Below, piece by piece: positions 49,905 through 59,708 of a DNA stretch of 64,000 bases; the stretch's first letter is position 1; each line of letters opens with the position of its first letter. The stretch comes from a virus. The stretch is from the IMG/VR virus record IMGVR_UViG_3300042301_003793; one strand, given 5' to 3'. The notes beneath the pieces were generated by a model. It did no database searches, was not told the origin of the DNA, and worked only from the letters and a program-made list of their open reading frames with translations. Both the position numbers and the translations under genes were made by a program.

Positions 49905-51134
49905 ATGCTTGATGAAAATGAAAAAAATAGAATACTAAATCTTCATAATTTTTATAAAAATAATTATGTTGGTACAAGTTTAACCCCATTAATTGAGTCT
50001 AATATAGTTCAGGGTAAAAAAAATGACCCTTGGGAATACAAAGAGGTTGGAAATAGTTATTTTGTTAAAAAAAAGGGCGACTTATCAAATAGATGGACTA
50101 AAGTTAGTGGAAATGCTGAAATTGAAGTTGCAAAACTATTTGGTAAAAAAATTCAAAGCGACTTATATTCTTTTTTTAAGAATGAAACTCAATCTGACAT
50201 GTTTAGAGCTTGGATTATAAAAAATTTCCCAAACACGGCTAAAAAATACAACCTTGAACCGACTGGACCTTACAATGATGAAACAATTAAAAAAGTCGCA
50301 AACACTAGGGTTACAACTAAAAATTTTGATAACAAAAAATTAGGATACATATTTTTTAAATTAAATAAAAAAGCTTCGTATACAAGTGATGAACCAGGTA
50401 AAACATTACCATCATTAGTAAAAACTGGTTTTAAAATAAATGAAAACAGGTGGGAGGAAAATCTTGGTTATTATGTTGATAAATGTACACAGGCTGGTTG
50501 TGCTGAATATACATACGACATGATTGGTCAGAAATTTGGTGACGCTTGGCAAGCTTATAAAGATTTTGACGTTTACTCAAGTGTTAATTCTAGCCTTGTT
50601 TCAAAAATGGAAACTCTTTTCAATAGTATAAATAAAAAAGGTTCACCAGGATTAAATCAAGTTACAGATGACGATGAGACGGCAAAAAGTATAATTATAG
50701 ATCTAATACCAAATCAAAGTAAATTTTCTAGTTTAGGTTTAGGGACTGTTGTTGGTTTATATTATCCAGACTCATCAAATTTTGATTTAGCATTTTTTCA
50801 ATCGGCTATAGGTAAATTTAGAGACCAAAACGGTACTTATTATCCTTTACGTGCACCATATTTTTGTAAAGACCCAAATAACTGTTATGGTACTAGATGG
50901 AAAGTTGAGGATGATAAAACTACAACTCAATTTAAAGCTGGACCAACATTAAAAAGTGGTAAGTCTTTTATACCAAATACACATTTAGGTTTTATAGGAT
51001 ATATAGATGAAAAAGGTGAACCATATGTCGTACATAGTGTTCATAAAACGGTTTATGCTTACCCCGTTTCAAAGATGGTTCCTGGTCAAACCCTTTCAAT
51101 AATATGGGCTGGCAATCCAGATGAGGTAAAATAA
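49905..51134 (+). CDS. Putative CHAP/NlpC-P60-like amidase
   Basis: GCAEY...GDAW and NTHLGF...VVHSVH give a Cys-His-His arrangement. Confidence 0.5.
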   Translation: MLDENEKNRILNLHNFYKNNYVGTSLTPLIESNIVQGKKNDPWEYKEVGNSYFVKKKGDLSNRWTKVSGNAEIEVAKLFGKKIQSDLYSFFKNETQSDMFRAWIIKNFPNTAKKYNLEPTGPYNDETIKKVANTRVTTKNFDNKKLGYIFFKLNKKASYTSDEPGKTLPSLVKTGFKINENRWEENLGYYVDKCTQAGCAEYTYDMIGQKFGDAWQAYKDFDVYSSVNSSLVSKMETLFNSINKKGSPGLNQVTDDDETAKSIIIDLIPNQSKFSSLGLGTVVGLYYPDSSNFDLAFFQSAIGKFRDQNGTYYPLRAPYFCKDPNNCYGTRWKVEDDKTTTQFKAGPTLKSGKSFIPNTHLGFIGYIDEKGEPYVVHSVHKTVYAYPVSKMVPGQTLSIIWAGNPDEVK

Positions 51135-51138
51135 TTTT

Positions 51139-52530
51139 ATGAAAGTTTTAATCACAGAAGAACAACTAAAAAATTTAATATTAAGGTTAAAAACTCAAAT
51201 TAATGAGGTTGACACAAATGTTGCATTAAAAAACGCATACAAGTGTGGTTACACAACTCTAGAACAATACAAAAAAAATAATTGGAAATGTCCCTCACAA
51301 TTACTACTAAACGCAAAAAAATGTGGTTGGTCTGAAGTAAAAGGTTGTGAATCACCAACATCATTAAATTGTGCTCCAATAATTTTTAAATACACAGCCT
51401 CAAAATTTAGATGTACACCAGGAAAAAAACAATATTTAAAACCAGACGAATTTACCGAATTACAAAAAATTTTAGACAAATATGGTGTTGATTATGATCA
51501 AAAAAAATATAGTGATACTTTAAAATATAATATTGAAAGACAAGATAGGCCAGATTTAACCCAAGGTGAAAATTATTGTAAACCATTTTGTATAAGTAAA
51601 GAAATATCTTGTTTTTTAACTACAATAAGAAAGAATTACGAAAAAATTAAAACAAAATTAAGTGGTATTTCTGATGATGAATTATTAACACTAACTAAAA
51701 TTGCAATTGGTTTATTAGCTTGGCAATCAAATTATGGGAAAATTGACAGACTATATGATGTTGAGACAAAAAATATTTTAGGTGTTGAGATTAATCCTTA
51801 TGATGTTTACACAAAACCAGTTGGTTCTTCAGCTTTAAAACAATACGCAAAATACTCAAATAAATCAGAACCTAGTTTTGGTCCGGCCGAGTTTCAAATT
51901 TCAAAATATGAAGACACGGGTATTGAAAAGGAATTTGGTTATGGTATCGAGAGTGTGATTGGGTCTGGCTTAGCTGCAATGGTTACAACTTGGAATGGTT
52001 ACCTTGACGCTAAAAAAATTGGTTTATCATCACAGCCTTCTGAAAACGAAATAGCGAAAAATAATGGTTTTTGGAAAAATGGTATAAACGGTACTGGAAA
52101 CCATTTATGGGATATTGCAATATCGTTGCATTCTTGGCCAAAAGAAAAAATGGTAACTAAATACTGTGAAACAGCAAGTCCATTTTTTGCAGGACCTTGT
52201 AATTCCGATACTTATGAACCATTCCAAAATGAAGCTAAATGGAAAGAATGGTTAAACTCAACACCAGAGCTTCAACAGTTTGTCAAAAAAACAAAAATGA
52301 CATATCCTGGTAAAATTAAAGTGTTGAGAAATAAACCAATTTTAAATTATTTTCCTTTACTTAGAGGTGCTCATGGTGATATTGTTGGTGGTGGCGTTGA
52401 TAGTAAAACTATGGTTGAGTACGTAGCAAATAAGATACAAAATTATGGTTGTGTAAAACTTACTGGTACTAAAATAGATACTATACAACCAAACAAATCA
52501 AAAAATTACGGAGGTAGTTATTCAGTTTAA
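51139..52530 (+). CDS. Hypothetical protein (possible lysozyme-like fold)
   Basis: AWQSNYG...SFGPAEF weakly resembles transglycosylase motifs; N-terminal VLITEEQLKNLI motif. Confidence 0.4.
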   Translation: MKVLITEEQLKNLILRLKTQINEVDTNVALKNAYKCGYTTLEQYKKNNWKCPSQLLLNAKKCGWSEVKGCESPTSLNCAPIIFKYTASKFRCTPGKKQYLKPDEFTELQKILDKYGVDYDQKKYSDTLKYNIERQDRPDLTQGENYCKPFCISKEISCFLTTIRKNYEKIKTKLSGISDDELLTLTKIAIGLLAWQSNYGKIDRLYDVETKNILGVEINPYDVYTKPVGSSALKQYAKYSNKSEPSFGPAEFQISKYEDTGIEKEFGYGIESVIGSGLAAMVTTWNGYLDAKKIGLSSQPSENEIAKNNGFWKNGINGTGNHLWDIAISLHSWPKEKMVTKYCETASPFFAGPCNSDTYEPFQNEAKWKEWLNSTPELQQFVKKTKMTYPGKIKVLRNKPILNYFPLLRGAHGDIVGGGVDSKTMVEYVANKIQNYGCVKLTGTKIDTIQPNKSKNYGGSYSV

Positions 52531-53246
52531 AATTTTACCAACATTAAGCTTTCAAATTTTGATTTGTCTTTGATAAAGAAATCCAAGTCTAGACCAAAAT
52601 TCTTAGTAAATTTTTTATATTTTGTTTTTTTTCCGACCGCAATAGTGTGTTGCCAAATTATTGTTTGATTCTTATTAAAATTTTTAGGTTCTTTTTTAGA
52701 CTTATAATTCCAAGTCCAAATAACATTATTGAAATTACCTTTTAAAAATTTATTAAACATGTCTCTTGAGACATAAATAATTGGTTTTTTACCATAATGA
52801 TTTTCCAAAGTATTTAAAAGAATTTTAATTTCTTTTTGAACTTTATTTTTGTCTTTTATATCAACTTCATATAGTGAGACTAAATCTACAGCAGGAGGTA
52901 AAGAATTTTTTTCTTTTGGTACTATCTCAATAAAATTTTTTGATTGTACTTTACCACTTATTTCTGGTCTGAAAACATGGTACGCACCTCTTAAAATACC
53001 AACTTTTTTAGTTCCAATCCAGTTGTTTTTAAATTCACTATCTTTAAATGATTTACCTTCGGTTGATTTAATATAAATAAAATCAAAAAGTTCTTTGTCA
53101 CCTTTAGACCATTTTATTTTTCCCTGGTGATGTGATAAATCAGCACCAATCAAATATTTTTCTGTTTTGTTTGTTTTAGAAAAAAAATTAAAAGGTAAAA
53201 TTAATACTAGTACAGTAAATAAATAAATTTTGTTTTTTAGTTTCAT
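52527..53246 (-). CDS. GH25 muramidase-like protein with signal peptide/anchor
   Basis: GADLSHHQG, FIYIKSTEG, GAYHVF, PPAVDLV, PIIY, IWQHT. Confidence 0.85.
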   Translation of the reverse strand: MKLKNKIYLFTVLVLILPFNFFSKTNKTEKYLIGADLSHHQGKIKWSKGDKELFDFIYIKSTEGKSFKDSEFKNNWIGTKKVGILRGAYHVFRPEISGKVQSKNFIEIVPKEKNSLPPAVDLVSLYEVDIKDKNKVQKEIKILLNTLENHYGKKPIIYVSRDMFNKFLKGNFNNVIWTWNYKSKKEPKNFNKNQTIIWQHTIAVGKKTKYKKFTKNFGLDLDFFIKDKSKFESLMLVKF

Positions 53247-53268
53247 ATTTGTTTTTTTTAGTGTTTAA

Positions 53269-53299
53269 CAAATATATAAACTTTATTTGTATTGACAAA
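53269..53299 (-). promoter_or_regulatory. Bacteroidota-type housekeeping promoter (-33/-7)
   Basis: Minus strand TTTG, 19-nt spacer, TATATTTG; 22 nt before GH25 start. Confidence 0.75.
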
Positions 53300-53300
53300 A

Positions 53301-53630
53301 TTATTTACAAAGTTTTTCTTTCATAACAGAAACCAAAGATTTAGAACCAGACATTTTACTTATATTTTTAGGTGAATATGTATCTTCTTCCTCAAAACTA
53401 CTAGGTGTTAATCCAGAACAAGTAAAAAATAAACCTTTAGGTCCTAACCAAACTTGTTCATTATTTATAGTTTTATTTTTCCAAATTGTGCTTTTGTTTA
53501 CTATAAATTTTTCATTATTTTTATTTGTTAGAGCATGTGAATACAATGTTGTATAGTCCTTACTTTCAGTAATAACTTTTTTTATAATTTTTACTAAATC
53601 ATTTTCACTTAATTTAATTATTTTTTTCAT
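53301..53630 (-). CDS. Hypothetical protein (putative internal head protein)
   Basis: N-terminal MKKIIKLSENDLVKIIKKVITES. Confidence 0.65.
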   Translation of the reverse strand: MKKIIKLSENDLVKIIKKVITESKDYTTLYSHALTNKNNEKFIVNKSTIWKNKTINNEQVWLGPKGLFFTCSGLTPSSFEEEDTYSPKNISKMSGSKSLVSVMKEKLCK

Positions 53631-53640
53631 AATAAAAATT

Positions 53641-55020
53641 TTACAAACCTAATCTTGTTAAAATATCGTCGTCCTCTTCGTCGTCATCGTAGTCATCATC
53701 ATCGTCATCACCTTCTTTGTATTTTTTGTAATTAGCTTTTGCTTGTTGTAATAACTCATTAAACTTTTTCTTTGCTTTTTCGTTATCTGATGGACTATCT
53801 GAAACAACATTTGCAATTACATTTTTTAAAAATTCTTCAGCTGGAATACTATAAAGTAGTTGCTCAAAGAAAGGAATGTATTTTTTACCTTCGTTATCTA
53901 AAGTTAATTCATCTGGAAGTAATGTCCTTAATTTTCTTACAAGTTCACCACCAACTCGGAAATTCATTGGTTCATTAACCATTGTATCTGTTTGACCAAT
54001 AACTTGAGTTGCCATTTCTGGGTCCATATCTTTCCATTGTGCTCTAGATTGTATCATTGAAAATGATTTGAATAATTCGTGAAGTAAAATTGGAAAAATT
54101 AACCCATTAGCGTAATAAGTGTCATTGTCATCTTGTTCTTCACCACCCTCATCATCGTCCTCATCTTCATCATCGTTACTTTCTTGTTTTTTACCTGCGG
54201 CACCAGCAGCATTTCCACCAAGAGCTTCAATTAAATCTTCATCGGTAAAATACATCAAATCGTTTGCACCCATAATTTTATTATAAAGTGGATATAATCC
54301 TGGATCAATTGCGTCTAGTCTATCTTTATACATTTGGTATGCAAACTGACCACGTTTTCCTTTACCCATTATAATTGCGTTGATTACATTTCTCTTTTCA
54401 ATTTCTAATTGTTTCTGTTCTTCTGGTGTAAGTTCATCAATATCAAAAGAAAAATTTGGGGGTAATGGAAGTTTTTGTTCTTTTTGTGGTTTCATCTTAA
54501 AAATTCCTGGGTCAATTGCTTGTTCACCTAAAAATGTTAGCATATTAACAAAATCAAATTCATATACAACACCACCATCTTTTCTTTCCTTAACAACCAA
54601 TCCTTTTTCAATCGCTTGCTCCATATTATCAGAGTAAGGTAACCAACCTTCTTCTTTTGCCGCAATCTCAACAGCCAAATCTCTTAATTGTTCTTTATAC
54701 CTAGGTTCAAGTTGCATAGCTTGTCTAACAGCTTGCATTTGTGCTATTTGTATTGCCATTTTAACTTGTGGGTTTGTAATATTTTGTTCAGTACCAAAAT
54801 ACCTTTTTACGTAATCAACAACTTCTTTAAATCTTTTACCAGCAATTTTTTCAACATCTGAAACACCACCTCTAAAAGCTCTATTTTTTGCGTAGATACC
54901 TTCTGGGTCCTCAATTCTTTGTTGAGTTCTTGGGTGCATTCTTTCTTCGTAATCACCATAATCAACAGGTGCTTCCTTTACTATTTTTCTTACAAGTCTT
55001 TCTAAATCTTTATTTCCCAT
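53641..55020 (-). CDS. Hypothetical protein
   Basis: 459 aa; N-terminal DLERLVRKIVKEA; acidic tracts. Confidence 0.7.
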   Translation of the reverse strand: MGNKDLERLVRKIVKEAPVDYGDYEERMHPRTQQRIEDPEGIYAKNRAFRGGVSDVEKIAGKRFKEVVDYVKRYFGTEQNITNPQVKMAIQIAQMQAVRQAMQLEPRYKEQLRDLAVEIAAKEEGWLPYSDNMEQAIEKGLVVKERKDGGVVYEFDFVNMLTFLGEQAIDPGIFKMKPQKEQKLPLPPNFSFDIDELTPEEQKQLEIEKRNVINAIIMGKGKRGQFAYQMYKDRLDAIDPGLYPLYNKIMGANDLMYFTDEDLIEALGGNAAGAAGKKQESNDDEDEDDDEGGEEQDDNDTYYANGLIFPILLHELFKSFSMIQSRAQWKDMDPEMATQVIGQTDTMVNEPMNFRVGGELVRKLRTLLPDELTLDNEGKKYIPFFEQLLYSIPAEEFLKNVIANVVSDSPSDNEKAKKKFNELLQQAKANYKKYKEGDDDDDDYDDDEEDDDILTRLGL

Positions 55021-55024
55021 TTTT

Positions 55025-56239
55025 TTAATTTCTTAGAATTGATGTTATTGCTGACATAAAATCATTTTTTTGGTCTTCAGCTTTTGGTTGTTCTTCAACA
55101 CCTGGACTTGGATCTTTGAAAGGGTTTTTCCTTCTTGTTGGATTTTTTGTTCCTGGTTTTGTTTTAGTTCTTTCTTTTTCTTTTGTATCTGCTTTTGGTT
55201 GTTCTTCAACACCTGGACTTGGGTCCTTAAAAGGATTTTTTCGTCTTGTTGGTGTTTTAGTTTTTTCTCTTTCTTTAGTTCTTTCTTTTTCTTTTGTGTT
55301 TTCACCCAATTCTTTTTCCATACTAAACATTTTTCCTATTGGTTTTTTCATCATACCTTCTTTTGTTTCTGGTTGAAACATAGTATTTTTCTTTGGATTG
55401 TTCAACATAAACTTTTCAGACTTATCGACTTTTTCTTGGATTGTTTTTAACAACTCACCTTTTGACATACTAGGCTCAATATGTTTTTCAATCATATTGA
55501 ATATTTGTTCTTCTAAATACTTTTCATAATTTTCGTCTGTATTTTTTCTTGTTTTTCTTTTGACAGTTTTTTCTGGATGTTTTTTTTCTGGCATATTTTT
55601 ATATTGTTTTTTTGATGTACTATCGGAAAATTCTCTAGCCATTTCACACCATTTTTTTTTCTTAACACCTTTACTTGTATTACATTTAGCCCAAAAGAAT
55701 CCTTGTTGTGCTTTTGATTCAAATTTTTCACTAATCGGTTCAACTTTAGCATTTGATGGTAATTGAGCTTTTAAAGAACCATTTAAATCCATATTTATAC
55801 CATTTACATTAACTTTTCCAGAACCAGTTACGTTAACGTTTTTCATATTGTCTTGTTCTTGACTTATTGAAACGGCCTCTGTTGATTCTTCTTTTTTATC
55901 TTCAGGTATATCTAAATCTTTTGCTATTCTATATACTTCAGCACCTAAGTCAGTAATTCTATTGGAGTTAGGTGATTTTGCGTGACGAGCAACCATTTTC
56001 ATTTTTTCCAATGCTTCTTTATAGGATAAACCATCTGGATTTTCAATACCTAAATATTTTTTAATAAAAGCCTTCATAGATTTCAAAGAATCTTTTTTTG
56101 CTTGCCCAACATCACCCATAGGTCTGGATTTAAAAAATTTTTCAGATAATAATTTAACTTCGTTTGGTTTCATTTTAGAAATTGTACTAAAATGGAATCC
56201 ATTTTCTAATAATATACTGACGTTTCTGTTAGTTTTCAT
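55025..56239 (-). CDS. Hypothetical protein with C-terminal 37-aa tandem repeat
   Basis: Start taken at MKTNRN; TKEKERTK...PTRRKNPFKDPSPGVEEQPKA x2 (111-nt period). Confidence 0.7.
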   Translation of the reverse strand: MKTNRNVSILLENGFHFSTISKMKPNEVKLLSEKFFKSRPMGDVGQAKKDSLKSMKAFIKKYLGIENPDGLSYKEALEKMKMVARHAKSPNSNRITDLGAEVYRIAKDLDIPEDKKEESTEAVSISQEQDNMKNVNVTGSGKVNVNGINMDLNGSLKAQLPSNAKVEPISEKFESKAQQGFFWAKCNTSKGVKKKKWCEMAREFSDSTSKKQYKNMPEKKHPEKTVKRKTRKNTDENYEKYLEEQIFNMIEKHIEPSMSKGELLKTIQEKVDKSEKFMLNNPKKNTMFQPETKEGMMKKPIGKMFSMEKELGENTKEKERTKEREKTKTPTRRKNPFKDPSPGVEEQPKADTKEKERTKTKPGTKNPTRRKNPFKDPSPGVEEQPKAEDQKNDFMSAITSILRN

Positions 56240-56636
56240 AAACAACTTTTTTTTCAAATTGCAACACAAGATCTCTCTCGTATAATTTATCTTTTACATC
56301 CTGTTCTTGGTCCCCATATTTGAAAACCAATCTTTTCACCAATGAAAAATCAATTTCATCTTCTTTTTCCCAACCTAGGGCAATAACACCATCAATTGAA
56401 TCTTGAACTGAAAATACATCGGAATTTTGTACCAACTCCAATGTAATTTCATTATGTGTTAATGTCCCAACTTTTTTTACGTGGTCAACATCTGGTGGAC
56501 TTGGGTAACCGTTTGCCGGTCTTGCTTCCCAATTTTCACCCCAAACATCTTCCAAAGAGTCACCAAAAATAAATTCATAAATGTTTTCACCTTTATAATT
56601 AGGTCCCAAACCATTTATGTATAATAAGTAACTCAT
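56229..56636 (-). CDS. Hypothetical protein
   Basis: 135-aa ORF coupled to neighbours. Confidence 0.7.
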   Translation of the reverse strand: MSYLLYINGLGPNYKGENIYEFIFGDSLEDVWGENWEARPANGYPSPPDVDHVKKVGTLTHNEITLELVQNSDVFSVQDSIDGVIALGWEKEDEIDFSLVKRLVFKYGDQEQDVKDKLYERDLVLQFEKKVVYEN

Positions 56637-58126
56637 ATTACTAATCCGTTGATAGTAATTTTTGTATTAACAACTCCTTCTTTAAAAACCAAACTTCCTT
56701 TATTTGTTTTTCCGACAAGAACTGAAATTGGATTTTTTTCCATATATTTTAATGCCATTCTTTCTTGTTTAATGTTTTCAGAAAGCATCTTAACATTTTT
56801 AGAATTTGTTTCTTTTATTTTTTCGTATTTTTCTAATTTTTGAATTTTTTTCGTTTCTTCAGAAATTATTTCTTTTTTCTGTGTTGTAAAATATTGTGAA
56901 ATAATTTTATCAACTTTTGATTCCCCAAATGTTCCGTGTGAAAAATGATTATAAGTGTGTCTTGGTTCTCTAGCACCACGTCTAGTATATTCTTCACCCC
57001 ATTCACTTGTCATATCTTTTAGACCTTGTGCCATTTCTGATTTAACACGATGATTAATTGCTTGACCAAGTGTCGCCATTTCACCTAAATCATATTCTGT
57101 CATTTCACCGCCAGCTGGTGGTGGTGGAGGTAACGCACCCTCTTCTTCATCAGATGTTGGTTCTGGTAATTCTTCATCACTCATTTCTTCATCTTCCAAA
57201 TCTTCATCATCTTCTTCATCCCCTTCTTCATCTAAGTCACCTTCTAATCTAGATATTATTTCCTCTAAATCGTCATCATCTAACAAATCAACGTCAAGTG
57301 CGGACAAAATAGAATTTATGATGTACTTAACATCATTAGGATCCATATCATCTTCACTATTATATTTTCTAATTCTTTGTGCTAATTTACCTGTAAGTTT
57401 TTGAATTACTTTAAATGTTGTTCCACCTTCTTTTTTTGATTTTCCTCCATCTTCCGATTCTTCTTCATCACCCATATCATCCATAGGTGGTGGAGGCAAT
57501 CCTTCTTCTCCTCCAGTTGCACTCATATCTGGTGGTGGAGGTAATCCTTCTCCGCCCATATCATCCATAGGTGGTGGAGGCAATCCTTCTTCTCCTCCAG
57601 TTGCACTCATATCTGGTGGTGGAGGTAATCCTTCTCCGCCCATATCATCCATAGGTGGTGCTGCCGGCATTGGTGCCGGAGCTGCTACTGGTTCTGGTGG
57701 AGGTAAAGCTCCTTCATCTCCAGTTGGTTCAGCTTTTTTTTTACCAGGAAGCTTTAGTTTGAACTTTTTTTTTTGTTCGGTAAATAAAGACATACCTTCT
57801 TCATTTCCGTACATTTGATTAAAGTCTTTAGCCATAAGGTTTAACTTTTTCAATGCCTGTGAGTAAGAAGGAAAATATTTTCTATTTTGGATAGGTTCAA
57901 TATATTCATTTTCAAGACCATCATAGCTTTCTTTGATTATATATCCCAATCTTTCTCTTACGATTGTATATGTTTTACCGTCAGCTAATTCAGCTGTATA
58001 TTCTGTTTTTTTATCTTCATTTACTGGTTGTGGAATAGATTCGTTGTATCTGGCAATTTCCATAATTCTACGAATTTTATCCATCCCTTCCAACTTTTCA
58101 CTTCCGATAGGTCTTAATCCTCCCAT
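56633..58126 (-). CDS. Acidic Pro-rich hypothetical protein
   Basis: 497 aa, disordered centre with perfect 28-aa repeat. Confidence 0.7.
   Translation of the reverse strand: MGGLRPIGSEKLEGMDKIRRIMEIARYNESIPQPVNEDKKTEYTAELADGKTYTIVRERLGYIIKESYDGLENEYIEPIQNRKYFPSYSQALKKLNLMAKDFNQMYGNEEGMSLFTEQKKKFKLKLPGKKKAEPTGDEGALPPPEPVAAPAPMPAAPPMDDMGGEGLPPPPDMSATGGEEGLPPPPMDDMGGEGLPPPPDMSATGGEEGLPPPPMDDMGDEEESEDGGKSKKEGGTTFKVIQKLTGKLAQRIRKYNSEDDMDPNDVKYIINSILSALDVDLLDDDDLEEIISRLEGDLDEEGDEEDDEDLEDEEMSDEELPEPTSDEEEGALPPPPPAGGEMTEYDLGEMATLGQAINHRVKSEMAQGLKDMTSEWGEEYTRRGAREPRHTYNHFSHGTFGESKVDKIISQYFTTQKKEIISEETKKIQKLEKYEKIKETNSKNVKMLSENIKQERMALKYMEKNPISVLVGKTNKGSLVFKEGVVNTKITINGLVI
57471..57660. repeat. Perfect 84-bp tandem repeat, ~2.3 copies
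   Basis: Units start at 57471, 57555, 57639; encode PPPPMDDMGGEGLPPPPDMSATGGEEGL. Confidence 0.92.
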
Positions 58127-58200
58127 AGTATCTTTTTTTGAATTAATTATTTTTCTTAATAAATATATCGATTATTAAGATTATTTTATTTTTTAATAAA

Positions 58201-58938
58201 TTATTGATTCATAGATAATTTCTTATCTATCAATTCTGTTGGTATATTATATAGTTTTTCTATATAACCATTTCTTCTAAGTAGTTTAAAAACCAAATTT
58301 TCAAGGGACATTTCCCCACCTTTCTCTAATCCGCAGCTTCTAAACTTTTTAAGTTTTTCTTTATATTTTTTTACAATTGATTTTATTTCGTCTGGACTTT
58401 CATCTTTGATATTATCAACAACACCGTCTATAATATTCATCCATTGTTTTGATTTTTCTTTAATTAAGTTTTTATCAATATTTCTCATTTCTTCTTTCTT
58501 TGGTTCATTAACCCACATATCGTAAAGAATTGAATATACACCAGAACTAAATGCTACTTCAGTTTCGTCTTGAACAAAGCACTCAACATCATAACCAAAC
58601 AATTTTATATTATGTTTTTGGTTAAAAACTATTTTTTTTAAATCAAAAAATTCAACATATAATTCTTTTGTGTTTTCAGGAAATTGAGAATAGTTTAGAA
58701 CAATATGTAAATCAACATCAGAATATTTTGACCAATTATAGTTAGTCAAAGAACCAATCATTATTATATCTGTAATTAGGACATCTATACCTAAAAAATC
58801 TATAAACAAATTTGAAACTTCTAATAATTTTTCTCTAACTTCTGAATTTATTTTGTAACTTTTACCTTTTTTATCCCAGATTTTAGAATTAAGTTCGTCT
58901 TGTGTCTCAAAACTTTTTAAAATTTCCGAATTATTCAT
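58201..58938 (-). CDS. Pol-beta superfamily nucleotidyltransferase
   Basis: MIGSLTNYNWSKYSDVDLHIV (GS...DxD) and downstream DVECF. Confidence 0.75.
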   Translation of the reverse strand: MNNSEILKSFETQDELNSKIWDKKGKSYKINSEVREKLLEVSNLFIDFLGIDVLITDIIMIGSLTNYNWSKYSDVDLHIVLNYSQFPENTKELYVEFFDLKKIVFNQKHNIKLFGYDVECFVQDETEVAFSSGVYSILYDMWVNEPKKEEMRNIDKNLIKEKSKQWMNIIDGVVDNIKDESPDEIKSIVKKYKEKLKKFRSCGLEKGGEMSLENLVFKLLRRNGYIEKLYNIPTELIDKKLSMNQ

Positions 58939-58962
58939 AATAATAAATACTCGAAAAATGAA

Positions 58963-59208
58963 TTAACTTAATTTCTTATACTTAAAAGCTTTTGAAATGT
59001 TTGTATTAAAAAACGAACCTTGTGATTTTGCTGATCTAAATGAAGTGTAAGTTTGGTGTGGGACATCTTCATATTCGTATTTCATACCGTTTTTAAATTC
59101 TGTAATCATTTTTTTTGTCTCGGTATCATATTCAGTTCTAACGATATTTGAAGACTCAACTTCATTTATGATTTTTGTTCCTTTAATTTCTTCTTTAGTA
59201 ATTGCCAT
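58963..59208 (-). CDS. KTSC-domain protein
   Basis: SSNI..EYD...FKNG..YEY..VP...F.SA.SQGSFFN..I. Confidence 0.9.
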   Translation of the reverse strand: MAITKEEIKGTKIINEVESSNIVRTEYDTETKKMITEFKNGMKYEYEDVPHQTYTSFRSAKSQGSFFNTNISKAFKYKKLS

Positions 59209-59242
59209 AACTTTTTTATTTTAAATATATTTTATATAAAAC

Positions 59243-59266
59243 AAAAATCCACCCTTTTGGGGTGGA
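59243..59266 (-). terminator. Intrinsic terminator
   Basis: Minus strand TCCACCC-CAAAA-GGGTGGA hairpin then TTTTTGTTTT. Confidence 0.8.
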
Positions 59267-59271
59267 CCTTG

Positions 59272-59643
59272 TTATTTTAGGGAGTTGATTTTGTCTCTTA
59301 GTTCTATCGCCTTTTCAAAGTTCTGGGTTTTAATACATTCTTCCAGTTCTTTATTAAGCTTACTTATTTTTTCTTTGTTTTGTTCTAGATTTTTAATCTT
59401 ATCCCTCAACTCCACAGCCTCTTCAAAATTCTGTTCATCAACAGCCATTTCAAGTTTTTGTTTTAATAAATCTAATTCATCTAATTTATTTAAGTCTCCT
59501 TTTACATTTGTAATGTAAGTAAATGTAATCGAACCATCTTCCGATTTGTAAGTTCTTTTTTCAAGGTTATTTAAACCACCAAAGAATGGATTTTCTGAAT
59601 TAAACAATTCGTTAAAAAGTTTATCAAAGTTTCTACCAAACAT
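59272..59643 (-). CDS. Twin UvrB/UvrC (UVR) motif protein
   Basis: KLEMAVDEQNFEEAVELRDKI and ELEECIKTQNFEKAIELRDKI. Confidence 0.85.
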   Translation of the reverse strand: MFGRNFDKLFNELFNSENPFFGGLNNLEKRTYKSEDGSITFTYITNVKGDLNKLDELDLLKQKLEMAVDEQNFEEAVELRDKIKNLEQNKEKISKLNKELEECIKTQNFEKAIELRDKINSLK

Positions 59644-59708
59644 AATTTTATTTTTTTATAAGTTTATTTTGGTTTATTTTTGACGAATTTTATACCAAAA
59701 CAAAAAAA

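Noticed and set aside
57471-57660. CRISPR array
   Set aside because: Contiguous in-frame tandem repeat without unique spacers; no cas genes or repeat-spacer arrays seen in the window.
59683-59698. Sigma54-like promoter for the UVR gene (TTGGTATAAAATTCG, minus strand)
   Set aside because: The -24 GG is present but the invariant -12 GC is not.
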